A stretch of 63,736 bases of DNA, counting the filler, from Octopus bimaculoides (Eukaryota): assembly GCF_001194135.2 (NCBI RefSeq). It is 3 parts of 3 records of this genome, joined end to end, with 100 filler letters (N's around TTAATTAATTAA, not from the genome) between each part and the next. Parts side by side here need not be neighbours in the genome. Positions count along the whole stretch, not along the records: positions 26,759 to 57,906 come from NC_068983.1; positions 58,007 to 63,736 come from NW_026355773.1; 1 more part is not named here. One strand, given 5' to 3'. Positions within the stretch are counted from its first letter, which is position 1. Every line of letters starts with the position of its first letter. This document shows, piece after piece, positions 50,595-63,540 of this stretch. The position numbers and the translations under genes are program-made. The notes under the pieces were generated by a model, which saw only the letters and a program-made list of their open reading frames with translations, was not told the DNA's origin and searched no databases.

Positions 50595-50775
50595 GTAAAT
50601 AAATTGTTCCTGCCTCCCTCCAACACTTTGCACCCGACTTTCCTGTTTGGTTACGTGATTCACAGCGGCCAGCGAGGCCTGTTCAAACTGGATATTGAAG
50701 AAATGAAATATATAAAGAATATTGATCTTAACCAATATAGCTGTGAACCAGAAAATCTGGCTTTTATTCCACTTG
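50595..50775 (+). CDS. FSTL5: FSTL4/5-like internal exon (beta-propeller region)
   Basis: Acceptor ttttccAG ends at 50594 and donor GTGAGT starts at 50776 (phase 0/1). Encodes VNKLFLPPSNTLHPTFLFGYVIHSGQRGLFKLDIEEMKYIKNIDLNQYSCEPENLAFIPL(G), matching the FSTL5-type FG..H...L.K.D.E.M.YIK.I.L..Y.C.P...A...LG pattern. No following exon was found in the window. Confidence 0.93.
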
Positions 50776-50979
50776 GTGAGTTTTTCTACACTATTTGTAT
50801 AGACTAAAAAACAAAAAAATGGCAAAAATACAAAAAAAACCCTCTTCAATGCATGTTAAAAATATATAAGATGCATAATATATATATCATATATATGAAT
50901 TTACATACATACATACATATATATATATATACACACACACATATACACATATATATATACATATATATGTATATATGTG

Positions 50980-51029
<50 letters not shown>

Positions 51030-51318
51030 TATATATATACATGTATATATGTATATGTATGTATATATATGTGTGTATGTGTGTGTGTAATATTATAGAC
51101 CTGCATCACATGCTTTGTGCTTTCGTATGTGTTTTTGCATGTGTGTTTCAAGTTTGACTCCATGGCTACATGTGCTTATAAATATAAATGTTTCATGTGT
51201 TTCTCTATGCCTGTATTTCTCTATTTGTATATTTGTTTATCAATATTATTGCTTAATATCTGTGTTCACTCTATACATACATATCCCCATGTTTTCTAAC
51301 TGTACATGTGAGTATATG

Positions 51319-51354
<36 letters not shown>

Positions 51355-53229
51355 CATATATATACATGAGTGCATGACCAAATATTCTCAATTTATTGTG
51401 ATTGTGTTTGCATGTTTCTTCTTTTCTCTTTGTTTTATGTTTCCTTTGTTGAATTTATCTTGATTCCCCTTTAATGTTTCGGCACAATAATCTTCATTTA
51501 CGAGTAGACTTTTCGGATGCATGTTGGCTGTACACAAGCAATGACATTATGTTGGTTAGCATAATAATCATCTGCTAGTTATTGCACAGAATCTCTTTAT
51601 CTCTTGTAATATGAATATCCTATGTCTAACCAACTTGCATTGATATTATTGGATCAAGGGGACACTCTATCAAAATTTAGCTTCATATAAAACCAGCAGG
51701 AGAAAGTGACACTGGTAGAGTTTAATATTCTTCTGGTTATTAACTATAGAAATTTAGAATACAAAAGTGAAATGATTGACTCATGAGTTGAACTTGTGTT
51801 GCAGATGTCAGCTGTTGGACAGATTTACCAATCATCCACACCGTTCCCAATCAAAAATTTATAGTTTATAGTAAACCTGGTTGAATCTATGATGTTAATA
51901 GAGGTTAATTTATTGAAAGGTACATTAATGCTGGCAGTGATTTTAGTAATAGAGTCATGAACTAATATTTATCTTTATAGTTTGGAGGTAAACAACATGG
52001 CTCTATCATTTTCTGTTGCTGATTAGAGAATCCCTTGTGCACAAAACTTCTTAGTTTACGTTTTTTAAACATTAAGATAATTCATTTCTGACTGTGTGCT
52101 AATGCATAATGGATACATGCATAAATGCATAACACAAAATGCATAAAGCAGTCTGCTGTCATATCTGTAAAACTGCAAGAAACACACTCTGTCATTCATT
52201 CGTTCACATTTCAAAGAAAGATAATATTGACAGCATTAATATTATCCAAATATCATTGGTCTACATTAAAGAATGAGCTTCTAAGATCAGTGCAGATAAT
52301 ATTGAAATCTTGAAGAGCTTTTCAAACAAATGGGTGAATAGAGATAGTTAAGGTTTCTGCCTGTCTACAAAAATAACGAAACACCAGCTGTAAATTATAA
52401 TTCACCTGCTGTGAATTATATTTCCCCAGCAGTAAATTATAATTCAGGAATCATGTGTTGGTACTTACTAATCTTATCCTCTCCACTTTCCACAAAACAC
52501 TAAAAAAGAAAAATATTTTTATTTACTTTATGTGGCCATCTGCTACATAAAGAAGTAAGGATTATTTTCTTTACATAAAACAAAGCAACAAATGGAGTAT
52601 TCAACATAAACTTTGTGTTGCCAGGCAACAGGTTTCACATTAAAACTGTATTGAACTGGTTGTGCTTATTCTAACTATTCTACCATTCACTAGAGAGGAA
52701 TAAAATTGGTTTCCAGTTCTCACAACAACATTAAACTCCACCAGATTGTTGGCTGATGCCAGTGTCATGTAACTGGCCTGTTGAAAGCAGCCTTCAATTG
52801 TTGGGTGATATGTTCTGCTTTTGAAGGCCTGCTGAGTGAAATCATAGCCATGGCTGATGACAGTGCTGTCAGACTGGCACCCATGCTGGTGGAACATAAA
52901 AAGCACTGTTCAAGTGTTGTGCCTCATGGAAGCAATGACAGATGACCAAGTCCTTTCACAATATACCATACTGGTGTTGACCTGTCAAGGCAAGTGAGAC
53001 CATCTTTGTCACTGATGCTGGTGTCAGATCAATGACACCTGTGCCGGTGGCACGTAAAATCACTTACTACAGTCTCAGAGTGGTTGGCATTAGGAAGGGA
53101 CATCCAGCCATAGATTCCTTGCCAAATCAGATCAGAACCTGGTGCAGCCTCTCAGCTTACCAGTTTTCAGTCAAACCATTCAACCCATGCCAGCATGGAA
53201 AGCAGTCGTTAAATGATGATGACCACGAC

Positions 53230-53266
<37 letters not shown>

Positions 53267-54293
53267 CTGATAAGGAGGAGGAGGAGGAGGAGGAAGAAGA
53301 GGAGGAGAACTGATAAGTATTTTGAGTATCCACCTAAGTCCCTTATTTATTAGTAAATGAAAATCCTTTTTCTATCTTGAATGGATTCACAAAAACTAGG
53401 GCTTATTTTCTGAAAAATCTCCTCCAGGTTCAATACTAAATCACCTCAGGTGATTCTGTTTGTATATCTGGTGTCTGTTCCTGAGACCAAGACAAAGAGA
53501 GTTGTCCAAAGTTACCATATTTTGTGGTAAGGTAGAAGCTGCATTGTGGAAAATGCATTTGGGTTTTGGAAATATAATTCTTGGAAATACTTTTTATACT
53601 TGCCAAAGTTAAATCCATGAGATTGAGCAGTATCCAGTAGTTACACACCGAATGCTTGTTATCAAACAAAATTAGTGCACAGACTAGCAGAATGCTCATG
53701 CCAGTTGTTGTGCCAAATCACCAAATAATGACAGCCTTCCTGGTGGTTTGTTGTTGGATATTATTGTTGGACACAATAATATGCTTTAACTGTCCTGAAA
53801 TTATTCATCTGATATACCGTACTATCACATGCGCTCCACTGCTGACCACCTGCCAGATACTAGCAGTTGACTACAACTACTGCCAACTCACCCTCCAGTC
53901 TGCTGATTTCAGTAAACCACAGCAAAAACTTCCCAACTAGCATTGGGGAAGACCCATGGTAATTTCCAAGGTATTTCATTGGCAAATGATGTATTTTTCC
54001 ATGCCACAAGAATATGGTAAAAATATCAGTCAACTACAAAATCACTTCAGAACTAAGAGCAACATTACTGCACATAATTTATAGTTCATAAAGTTCGAAA
54101 ACCAGTTAATGTAATAAAGTGCAAATGTGTTACATTCCTGTTTTCAAACAGCGATATACTGGGGGTTATGTGATTCAGTCTGAGCAGTTTTAATATATAT
54201 TTAAGTATTCAATTAAGTAATAGCTTATTCTCCAAGAAATGTTGAGATATAGTCTTTGACACTTAGAATAAATTTGCTACTATTAAAGTGTAT

Positions 54294-54325
<32 letters not shown>

Positions 54326-56304
54326 GTTCTCTAGTATATATTTTGTATATTTTCTCATGTATATATTTTGTATATTTTGTTACACATCTTAAATGTATAT
54401 CTTGTCCAAGGAAAGAAAAGTTGTGGGCTTTATATTTAAATTCTCTTCCCAGTCTCATGAGATGTTGACAAATAAGCTCCATCCTTGAATAATACATGCA
54501 TGCTAAAAACATTTTAAAAGAATTATCTGAAAAAACTGTCAAGTTTAGTTGATATTTCTTTGTAATATAATAAATATATTTATAAATGCAGTGAATTGCA
54601 TTTATAAGTTACAATTATCAATCATATTTTCTAAATTCACTGTGGATTGGTATGTTTAGTGTGTCTAGGAAGTGCTGCAAAATTTATCTCCTCTATCTTG
54701 TGAATTCCCATTTGGTAAAAGTGCTTTGTACTGCCTTTATACAGAAACATCAAATATAAATATGAAACTGCCTGTAAGAAAAGGAATTACGAAATTAATA
54801 AAGTATTTGGTGACCAGGTGTAAGGTTGGTACTCTGCAGCCAACTTACTTAACTCACAAGCAACATATAAATGAAGAATGAGTGCAACTGACTTTAAGAA
54901 GAAACATTAAAACTGTTAAATAGTTTTGTTGGAGTTGTAGCACAGTATCTGCTGAGATTTGAACCATCTCGTTCAGATTCCCCAGTTTGGGAACATGTTC
55001 TAACTATATTGCCATAAAAGGAGTCAATGTCTATGTAAGCATGGTTTGATCAATCACACTGACTAGTCTGAAACCAAAGAAGTGGTAAACTTGAAAGTAA
55101 GTTTTGTGAATTTTCTTGCCAGATATTTATGCTGAAGTTTTGCGAAGTTTTGACTGAATGTTATAAAAATCTAGAATATTGAAGTCAGGAGCAAAACAAC
55201 TTCAGATGCTACTCAGACCTCTGTTGGTCAGTGGTGTGGCAAGCTGTTCTCACTCTTTCCACTTATTTAATCTTTAATGACCATGAACAATTTTTATATA
55301 AGTAATAAAAATATTTTATGCAATGAAGACTTGTAACTGCTGTATTCACTCTCCCATATTTACTGTTTTATTCAAATAATTGTTGTTGATATATAAATAC
55401 AAATGTTCCATATAATAAAACAATATGGAAACCTATGCAAATATTAGTGTTGCTATTCTCACCTTTACACACAGCTTGCTTAATATTGTGTACAAACATC
55501 AACGATTTAATGACCTAATTCCACTAAAAGTTTAGTTTTGTTGATAGGAATATTCACTCATGATAGACTAGAATCTTATCCAAGAACAAGGTTTTCTCTC
55601 GTCTGCTTTGTGCCATGGAATCTGGGAATAAAGCACAGACCCATTGGATTGGAGAGGTCTTCAGAACAATATCCAGTTCATGTGTTTGTGGTAGGGGTAA
55701 GATATTGCTTAGTTGGGGAAGGGAAACATGACACCCATAACTTTTAGACAGGGTTTTAACAGTGAAAAGGAAAGAGAGAAAGAAGCTATGATTTATTGAT
55801 TTGTTTAGAGGAAAGAACTTGATCAAATACTTCAAACTGATTGGGGTTTACTCAAAGTACCCAAGAGCCTGGTGGTGGTATCAAGCCAATCAACTGGCGC
55901 CATCCATATTCTGGATTACACAGTTTCACTCAGAACTTGAGTCATCCAACAAAGATACTTGCTCAAGGTGATGCAAAGAAAGATTAAACACAGGATCATC
56001 AGAATACTGGGTCGTTAGACAGTAAACTTCTTAATCACCTGTTCTCTACTGATTGGGACAAGAATGATCAATCTTCTGTTTGATGGGATAAGATTAATCT
56101 CTTCTCTGTTTGATTGGGATGTGATTGATTTCTCCTGTGTTTGATGCTATCAACTAAGTATGAGATTTTTAAGATTTGGTTAGTGCAAGGGATAGATAAG
56201 GGGACACACACCAATATTGGCATGCACATACACATATACCATTGATATATATATATACATGCACAAATGCCCATAAACAGGCACATTCACACATACATAT
56301 ATAT

Positions 56305-56341
<37 letters not shown>

Positions 56342-56462
56342 AACAACATGCACACACACACACATGTGTATACACATATATTAAATGTAAATTAAGATTT
56401 TATTTTCTGGTTTTCCTTCTTTATAAAAGGAAAGAAAACATATATTAGCAATAATAATAATG

Positions 56463-56511
<49 letters not shown>

Positions 56512-56546
56512 CGATAATAATAATAATGATAATGATGATAATAATA

Positions 56547-56581
<35 letters not shown>

Positions 56582-57906
56582 AATGATAAAAACTATATAT
56601 TAGATGGAAGACAAATGTTTATATTGAAGAACATCGACCTTAGGAAATAACTGAAGAAGTTGGAAAATACGATGCAATTTTATATTTCACATTCAGCGAT
56701 TGTGTTTACTTGAGAATAAGTACTTTTCTAAGTGGATACCTGAACAGACAAAGAATCTTATGGCAAACAGAGGAAATTAACAAACCATTCAGAAGTACGT
56801 AGATGAAATGTAGATACGGCAATTGGCATTAGTTTGGAAACAAGAAATCTATAGACTATATATTGTTCTTTAGATATGTAGTTATATATTTTTGGTTTTC
56901 TTTACTGCTTGGAGTAGTAATGACAATATTTGTGAGCCTGTATCGATGTGTTTCATTGAGTTATGGATACATTTGGACGGTTTTGTATAGCATAGAAAAG
57001 ATTGGTGAAAATATGTTGGTTTCAAATTTTGGCTCAATGCCAGCAATTTTGAGTGATGTGATTATATCGATTGCATCGATCTCAGTGTTCAGGTGGTCCT
57101 CAAGTTGAAATTGAACTCAGAACATAAAGACAGACCAAATGCCACTGAAGTATATTACCTGGTGTGCTGACGATTCTGCCAGCTCACTGCTTTACCCTAA
57201 CACCATCATATTGCCAGTCCTAAATACTAAATGTAATATAGAGAGAGTAAAACATGATTAAGGAAGGTCAAACACACACACACACACACATGCAAAGCAG
57301 GTATCTTGCCCCATTTCCAACTAAGATAAGGACCCAAATTTGTAAAATTGGTCTGACAGATTTTTGTAGCTTGAATGGAAAAAAAAAAGATTTTCTATGT
57401 TTACAATTATAAAATTTTCTGTTGCATTTGTTACACCTGTATACAGTAATCCCTCAACTATCGCAGGTGTTACTTTCCAAAACCCCCCACAATAGGTGAA
57501 AATCTGTGAAATAGAATCAGTACTGTACTGTATATTTTTTTTTATTATTCTTATAATTTGTTAAGCTCTTTCTGTAGTGTTAATTTAGTTGCTAATAAAT
57601 ATATGTTTGTGTGTGTCTGTACGTGTGTGTGTGTGTGTGTGTGTACGTGTGTGCGTGTGTGTGCATGTGTGAGCGTGTGTGTATGTGGGTGTGCATGTAT
57701 GTATGTATGCTTATATATATATATATATAAATTTATCATCCATGTTCCATATCGACATGGGTTGGTCAGTTTGACAGGATCTGGCATGCTCCAATATCTG
57801 ATTCAGATGAGCTGGTTTCTGATGGCTTATACATGCACCCATGGATACACACGCAGACATATGTGTGTGTGCATATGTACGTGTGTGTATATATATATAT
57901 ATATAT

Positions 57907-58006
57907 NNNNNNNNNNNNNNNNNNNNNNNNNNNNNNNNNNNNNNNNNNNNTTAATTAATTAANNNNNNNNNNNNNNNNNNNNNNNNNNNNNNNNNNNNNN
58001 NNNNNN
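57907..58006. other. Artificial scaffold spacer 44N-TTAATTAATTAA-44N
   Basis: Same construct as 26659-26758. Confidence 0.95.
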
Positions 58007-58204
58007 GTGTGTGTGTGTGTGTGTGTGTATACATATATATATATATATATATATTAGACGTAAAATGAAAACAGAACACAAAGGATATCGCGGTGCACGT
58101 GATTCAAGCTTTATACACAAACTGTCATTGTATAATTATATGAGTATCTATTGTTGATAGAAAGGATGGTTTAAAGCTATCTTCAGGCGCAAATATTTTC
58201 AGTC

Positions 58205-58843
58205 TGTGTGGACGCCAACTTTCTGGCCACTGTGTAACTGTGTGGACCCCTATTTGCTGGCCACACTGTAAATGTTTCGACCCTGACTTTGTGGCCACCG
58301 TTTGAATGTTTCAACCCCGACTTTGTGGCCAGTGTACATATGTGTGGACCCCGAATTTATGGCCGCTATTCAAATGTTTGGACCCCGACTTCGTGGCCAC
58401 AGTGTAAATGTTTGGACCCCGACTTTATGGCCACTGTGTAAATGTTTGGACCCCGACATTATGGCCAGTGTAAGTGTCTGGTCCCCGACTTTATGGTCAA
58501 TGTATGTATGTGTGGACCCTGAATTTATGGCCACTATTTAAATGTTTGGACTCCGATTTTGTGACCAGAGTATAAATGTTTGGACTCCGACTTTATGGCC
58601 CATGTGCAAATGTTTTGACGCAGAATTTATGGCCAGTGTTCAGTTATTGGTCCCCCACTTTATGGCCACTGTGCAAATGTTTGGACCCCAAATTATGGCT
58701 ATTGTATATATTTTGGACCCCGAGTTTATGGCCATTGTGTAAATATGTTGACCCCGATTTTATGGCCACTGTGCAAATGTTTGGACCCCGACATTATAGC
58801 CACTGTGTAAATGTCTGGACACTGGACCCTGACTTTATGGCCA
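58205..58843 (-). repeat. Satellite block, about 34-bp unit, about 19 diverged copies, inverted relative to the main array
   Basis: Units of the type tttggaccccgactttatggccactgtgtaaatg, the reverse complement of the downstream array unit. Confidence 0.92.
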
Positions 58844-59310
58844 CTGTGGCCATAAAGTCGGGGTCTAGACATTTGCACACTGGCCATAACGACAGGGACC
58901 TGTAGTAACGCAGTGCGCATGCGTAGTCTCACGCATGCGTGGAATTAAACAAGCAAGCGTTCCTGCTCAATTCATTCTCTTTCTTGCTGGCCAGCAATAG
59001 AGCATGGACGTGTCAAGAAATGTCCCTAACATTCCAGCCTGGAGACAATCTCTTTACGTGTATAGCTGTCAGTCTCCATCTTTCGGACTTACACTCGACA
59101 GCTCGCTTACATCTACATAACAACGTCCCAACAACTATGCTCACACACATAGAAGCTGTAACAACAAGAGCTAAAGATGTATATATTGACCACCTAAATA
59201 AAGTGTTGTTTAAGTTGATAGTCCGGAGTTCAGCGTTCCGTTTATATTCCATAATTTTATATAGGAAAGTCAGGTATACATCTAATGATGTTTAACCAAC
59301 TTTCCTATAG

Positions 59311-62300
59311 ACCAAAGATGGAACACTGGCCATAAAGTTGGGGTCCAAAAATTGAACACTAGCCATAAAATCGGGGTCCAAAAATTGAACACTGGCCATA
59401 AATTCGGGGTCGAAACATTGGCAAACTGGTCATAAAGTCGAGTTCATATCATTTGCACACTGGCCATAAAGTCGGGGTTCTGTCATTTGCACACTGGCCA
59501 TAAAGTCGGGGTCCAAACATTTGCACACTGGCCATAAATTCGGGGTGGAAAAATTTGCATACTGGCCATAAAGTCGGGTTCCGTTCACTTGCAAAGTAGC
59601 CATAAAGTCGTGTTCATATCATTTACACACTCACCATAAAGTCTGGGACCTAACATTTGAACACTAGCCATAAAGTCAGGGTCCAAACATTTGCAAAGTG
59701 GCCATAAAGTCGGGGTCCAAACATATGCACACTGGCCATAAAGTTGGGATCCAAATATTTGCACAATGGCCATAAAGTCGGGGTCGAAACATTTGCACAC
59801 TGGCCATAAAGTCGGGGACAAAAATTGAACACTGGCCATAAAGTCGGGGACAAAAATTGAACACTGGCCATAAAGTCGGCGACTAAAATTGAACACTGGC
59901 GATAAAGTCGGGGACAAAATGTTGAACACTAGCAATAAAATCGGGGACAAAATATTGAACACTTGCCATAAAGTCGGGGACAAAAATTGAACACTGGCCA
60001 TAAAGTCGGCGTCCAAATATTTGCACACTGGCCATAAAGTTGAGACCCAAACATTTGCACACTGGCGATAAAGTCGGGGTCCAAATATTTGCACACTGGC
60101 CAAAAAGTCGGGGACCAAAAATTGAAGACTGACCATAAAGTCGGGAACCAAAACTTAAACACTGGCCATAAAGTCGGGGACCAAAAATTGAAGACTGGCC
60201 ATAAAATCGGGGACCAAAAATTGCACACTGGCCATTAAGTCGGTGACCAAAAATTAAACACTGGCCATAAAGTCGGGGAACAAACATATGCATACTGGCC
60301 ATAAATTCGGGGACCAAAATTTGCACACTGGCAATAAAGACGGGGACCAAACATTGCATACTGGCCATAAAGTCGAATTCCAAAAATTGAACACTGGTCA
60401 AAGAGTCGGGGTCGAAACATTTGCACACTGGCCATAAAGTCGGGGTCCAAATATTGAACGCTGGCAATAAAGTCGGGGACTTAATGTTGAACACTGGCTA
60501 TAAAGTCGGGGACCAAAAATTGAACACTGGCCATAAAGTCGGGGACCAATTATTGCAGGCTGGCTATAAAGTCGGGGACCAAATGTTGAACACTGGATCA
60601 AAAAGCCGGGGACCAAAATTTGCACACTGGCCATAAAGACTGGGACCAAACATTGCATACTGGCCATAAAGTCGAGGACCAAAAATTGAACACTGCCAAT
60701 AAAGTCGGGAACCAAAAATTGAACGCTGGCCATAAAGTCAGGGTCGAAACATTTGCATACTGGCCATAAAATCGGGTCCAAATATTTGCACACTGGCAAA
60801 AAAGTCAGGGACCAAAAATTGAACACTGGCCATAAAGTCCGGGACCAAAAATTGAACACTTGCTATGAATTCGAGGACCAAACATATGCACACTGGCCAT
60901 AAAGATGGGGACTAAATATTGCTATTAAGTTGAGGACCAAAAATTAAACACTGGCCATAAAATCGGAGTCGAAACATTTTCACACTGGCCATAAAGTCGG
61001 GGACCAAAAATGGAAAACTGGCCTTAAAGTCGAGGACCAAATATTGAACGCTGGCAATAAAGTCGGGGACCAAGTGTTGAACACCGGTCATAAAGTCGGG
61101 GACCAAAAATTGAACACTGGCCATAAAGTCGGGGACCAAAAATTGAATACTGGCCATAAAGTCGGGGCCCAAAATTTGCACACTGGCCATAAAGATGGAG
61201 ACCAAACGTTGCATACTGGCTATTAAGTCGAGGACCAAAAATTGAACGCTGGCCATAAACTCGGGGTCGAAACATTGGCACACTGGCCATAAAGTCGGGG
61301 TTGAAACATTTGCACACTGGCCATAAAGTCAAGGACCAAAAATGGAAAACTGGCCTTAAAGTCGAGGACCAAATATTGAACGCTGGCAATAAAGTCGGGG
61401 ACCAAATGTTGAACACTGGTCATAAAGTCGAGAACCAAAAACTGAACACTAGCCATAAACTCGGGATCGAAACATTTGCACACTGGCCAAAAAGTCGGTG
61501 TCCAAACATTTCCACATGGGCCATAAAATCAGGGACCAAAATTTGCACACTGGCCAAGTCGGGGACAAAAAATTGAACACTGGCCATAAAGTCGGGTACC
61601 AAAATTTGCACACTGGCCATAAAGCCAGAGACCAAACATTGCATACTGGCTATTAAGTCGAGGACCAAAAATTGAACGCTGGCCATAAAGACGGGAACCA
61701 ATAACTGAACACTGGCCATAAACTCGGGGTCGAAACATTGGCATACTGGCCATAAAGTCGGGGTCCAAATACTTGCACACTGGCCAAAGAGTCGGTGTCC
61801 AAACATTTGCACACGGGCCATAAAGTCGGGGACCAAAAATTGAACACTGGCCATAAATTCGGGGAACAATAACTGAACACTGGCCATAAATTTGGGGACA
61901 AAACATATGCACACTGGCCATGGAGTCGAGGACCAAAATTTGCACACTGGCCATAAAGACGGAGACTAAATATTGCATACTGGCCATTAAGTCGAGGACC
62001 AAAAATTAAACACTACCAATAAAGTCGGATACCAAAAATTAAACACTGGCCATAATGTGGGGGACCAATAACTAAAGACTGGCCATAAATTCGGGGACAA
62101 AACATATGCACACTGGCCATGAAGTCGAGGACCAAAATATGCACACTGGCCATAAAGACGGGGACCAAAAACTGAACACTAGCCATAAAGTCGGGATCGA
62201 AACATTTGCACACTGGCCATAAAGTCGAGGCCAAAATATTTGCACACTAGCCAAAAAGTCGGTGTCCAAACATTTCCACACGGGCCATAAAGTCAGGGAC

Positions 62301-63540
62301 CAAAACTTGCACACTGGCCAAAAAGTCGGCGTCCAAACATTTGCCCACTGGCTAAGTCGGGGACCAAAAATTGAACACTGGCCATAAAGTCGGGGACCAA
62401 AATTGCACACTGGCCATAAAATCGGGGACCAAAAATTGAACACTGGCCATAAAGTCGGGGACCATATGTTGAACACTGGCCATAAAGTCGGGGACCATAT
62501 GTTGAACACTGGCCATAAAGTCGAGGACCAAAATTTGCACACTGGCCATAAAGACGGAGACCAAACTTGCATACTGGCTATTAAGTCGAGGACCAAAAAT
62601 TGAACGCTGGCCATAAACTCGGGGTCGAAACATTGGCATACTGGCCATAATGTCGGGGTCCAAGTATTTCCGCGCTGGCCAAAGAGTCGGTGTCCAAACA
62701 TTTGCACACGGGCCATAAAGTCGGGGACCAAAAATTGAACACTAGCCATAAAATCGGGGACCAAAAATTGAACACTGGCCATAAAGTCGAGGACTAAAAT
62801 TTGCACACTGGCCATAAAGACGGGGACTAAACATGGCATACAGGCCATTAAGTCGAGGACCAAAATTTGAACACTGCCAATAAAGTCGGTGACCAAAAAA
62901 ATTAAACACTGGCCATAATGTGGGGGACCAATAACTAAACACTGGCCATAAAGTCGGGGTGTAAACATTTTCACACAGGCCAAAAAGTCGGGGACCAAAA
63001 ATGGAAAACTGGCCTTAAAGTCGGGGACCAAATATTGAACGCTGGCAATAAAGTCGGGGACCAAATGTTGAACACTGGTCATATGGTCGGGGACAAAAAA
63101 TTGAACGCTGGCCATAAAGTCGAGAACCAAAAACTGAACATTAGCCATAAACTCGGGATCGAAACATTTGCACACTGGCCATAAAGTCGAGGCCAAAATA
63201 TTTGCACACTGGCCAAAAAGTCAGTGTTCAAACATTTGCACACGGGCCATAAAGTCAGGGACCAAAATTTGCACACTGGCCATAAAGTCGGGGACCAAAT
63301 GTTGAATACTGGTCATAAAGTCGGAGACCAAAAATTGCACACTGGCCATTAAATTCAGGGTCTAAAATTTCATCACTGGCCATAAAGACGGGGACCAAAC
63401 ATTACATACTGGCCATAAAGTCGAGGACCAATAACTGAACACTGGCCATAAAATCGGGGTCGAAACATTTTCACACTGGCCATAAAGTCGGGGACCAAAA
63501 ATTGAACACTGGCCATAAAGTCGGGGACCAAATGTTGAAT
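59311..63540 (+). repeat. 33/34-bp satellite array (cactggccataaagtcggggaccaaaaattgaa / ...tccaaacatttgca), about 125 copies
   Basis: Measured periods of 34 (59461, 59495, 59529) and 33 (62441, 62474). The array ends at the (CAT)n tail of a retroposon. Confidence 0.97.

Noticed and set aside
51981-52030. Possible next FSTL exon after tttatctttatAG
   Set aside because: The required phase-1 frame hits TAA after two codons, and there is no similarity to the expected G..Y/V..C segment.
62072-63196. 374-aa ORF and the other ORFs in 58300-63560
   Set aside because: They are translations of the 33-bp (multiple of 3) satellite, giving repetitive MASVQFLVPDF peptides with no evidence of coding function.
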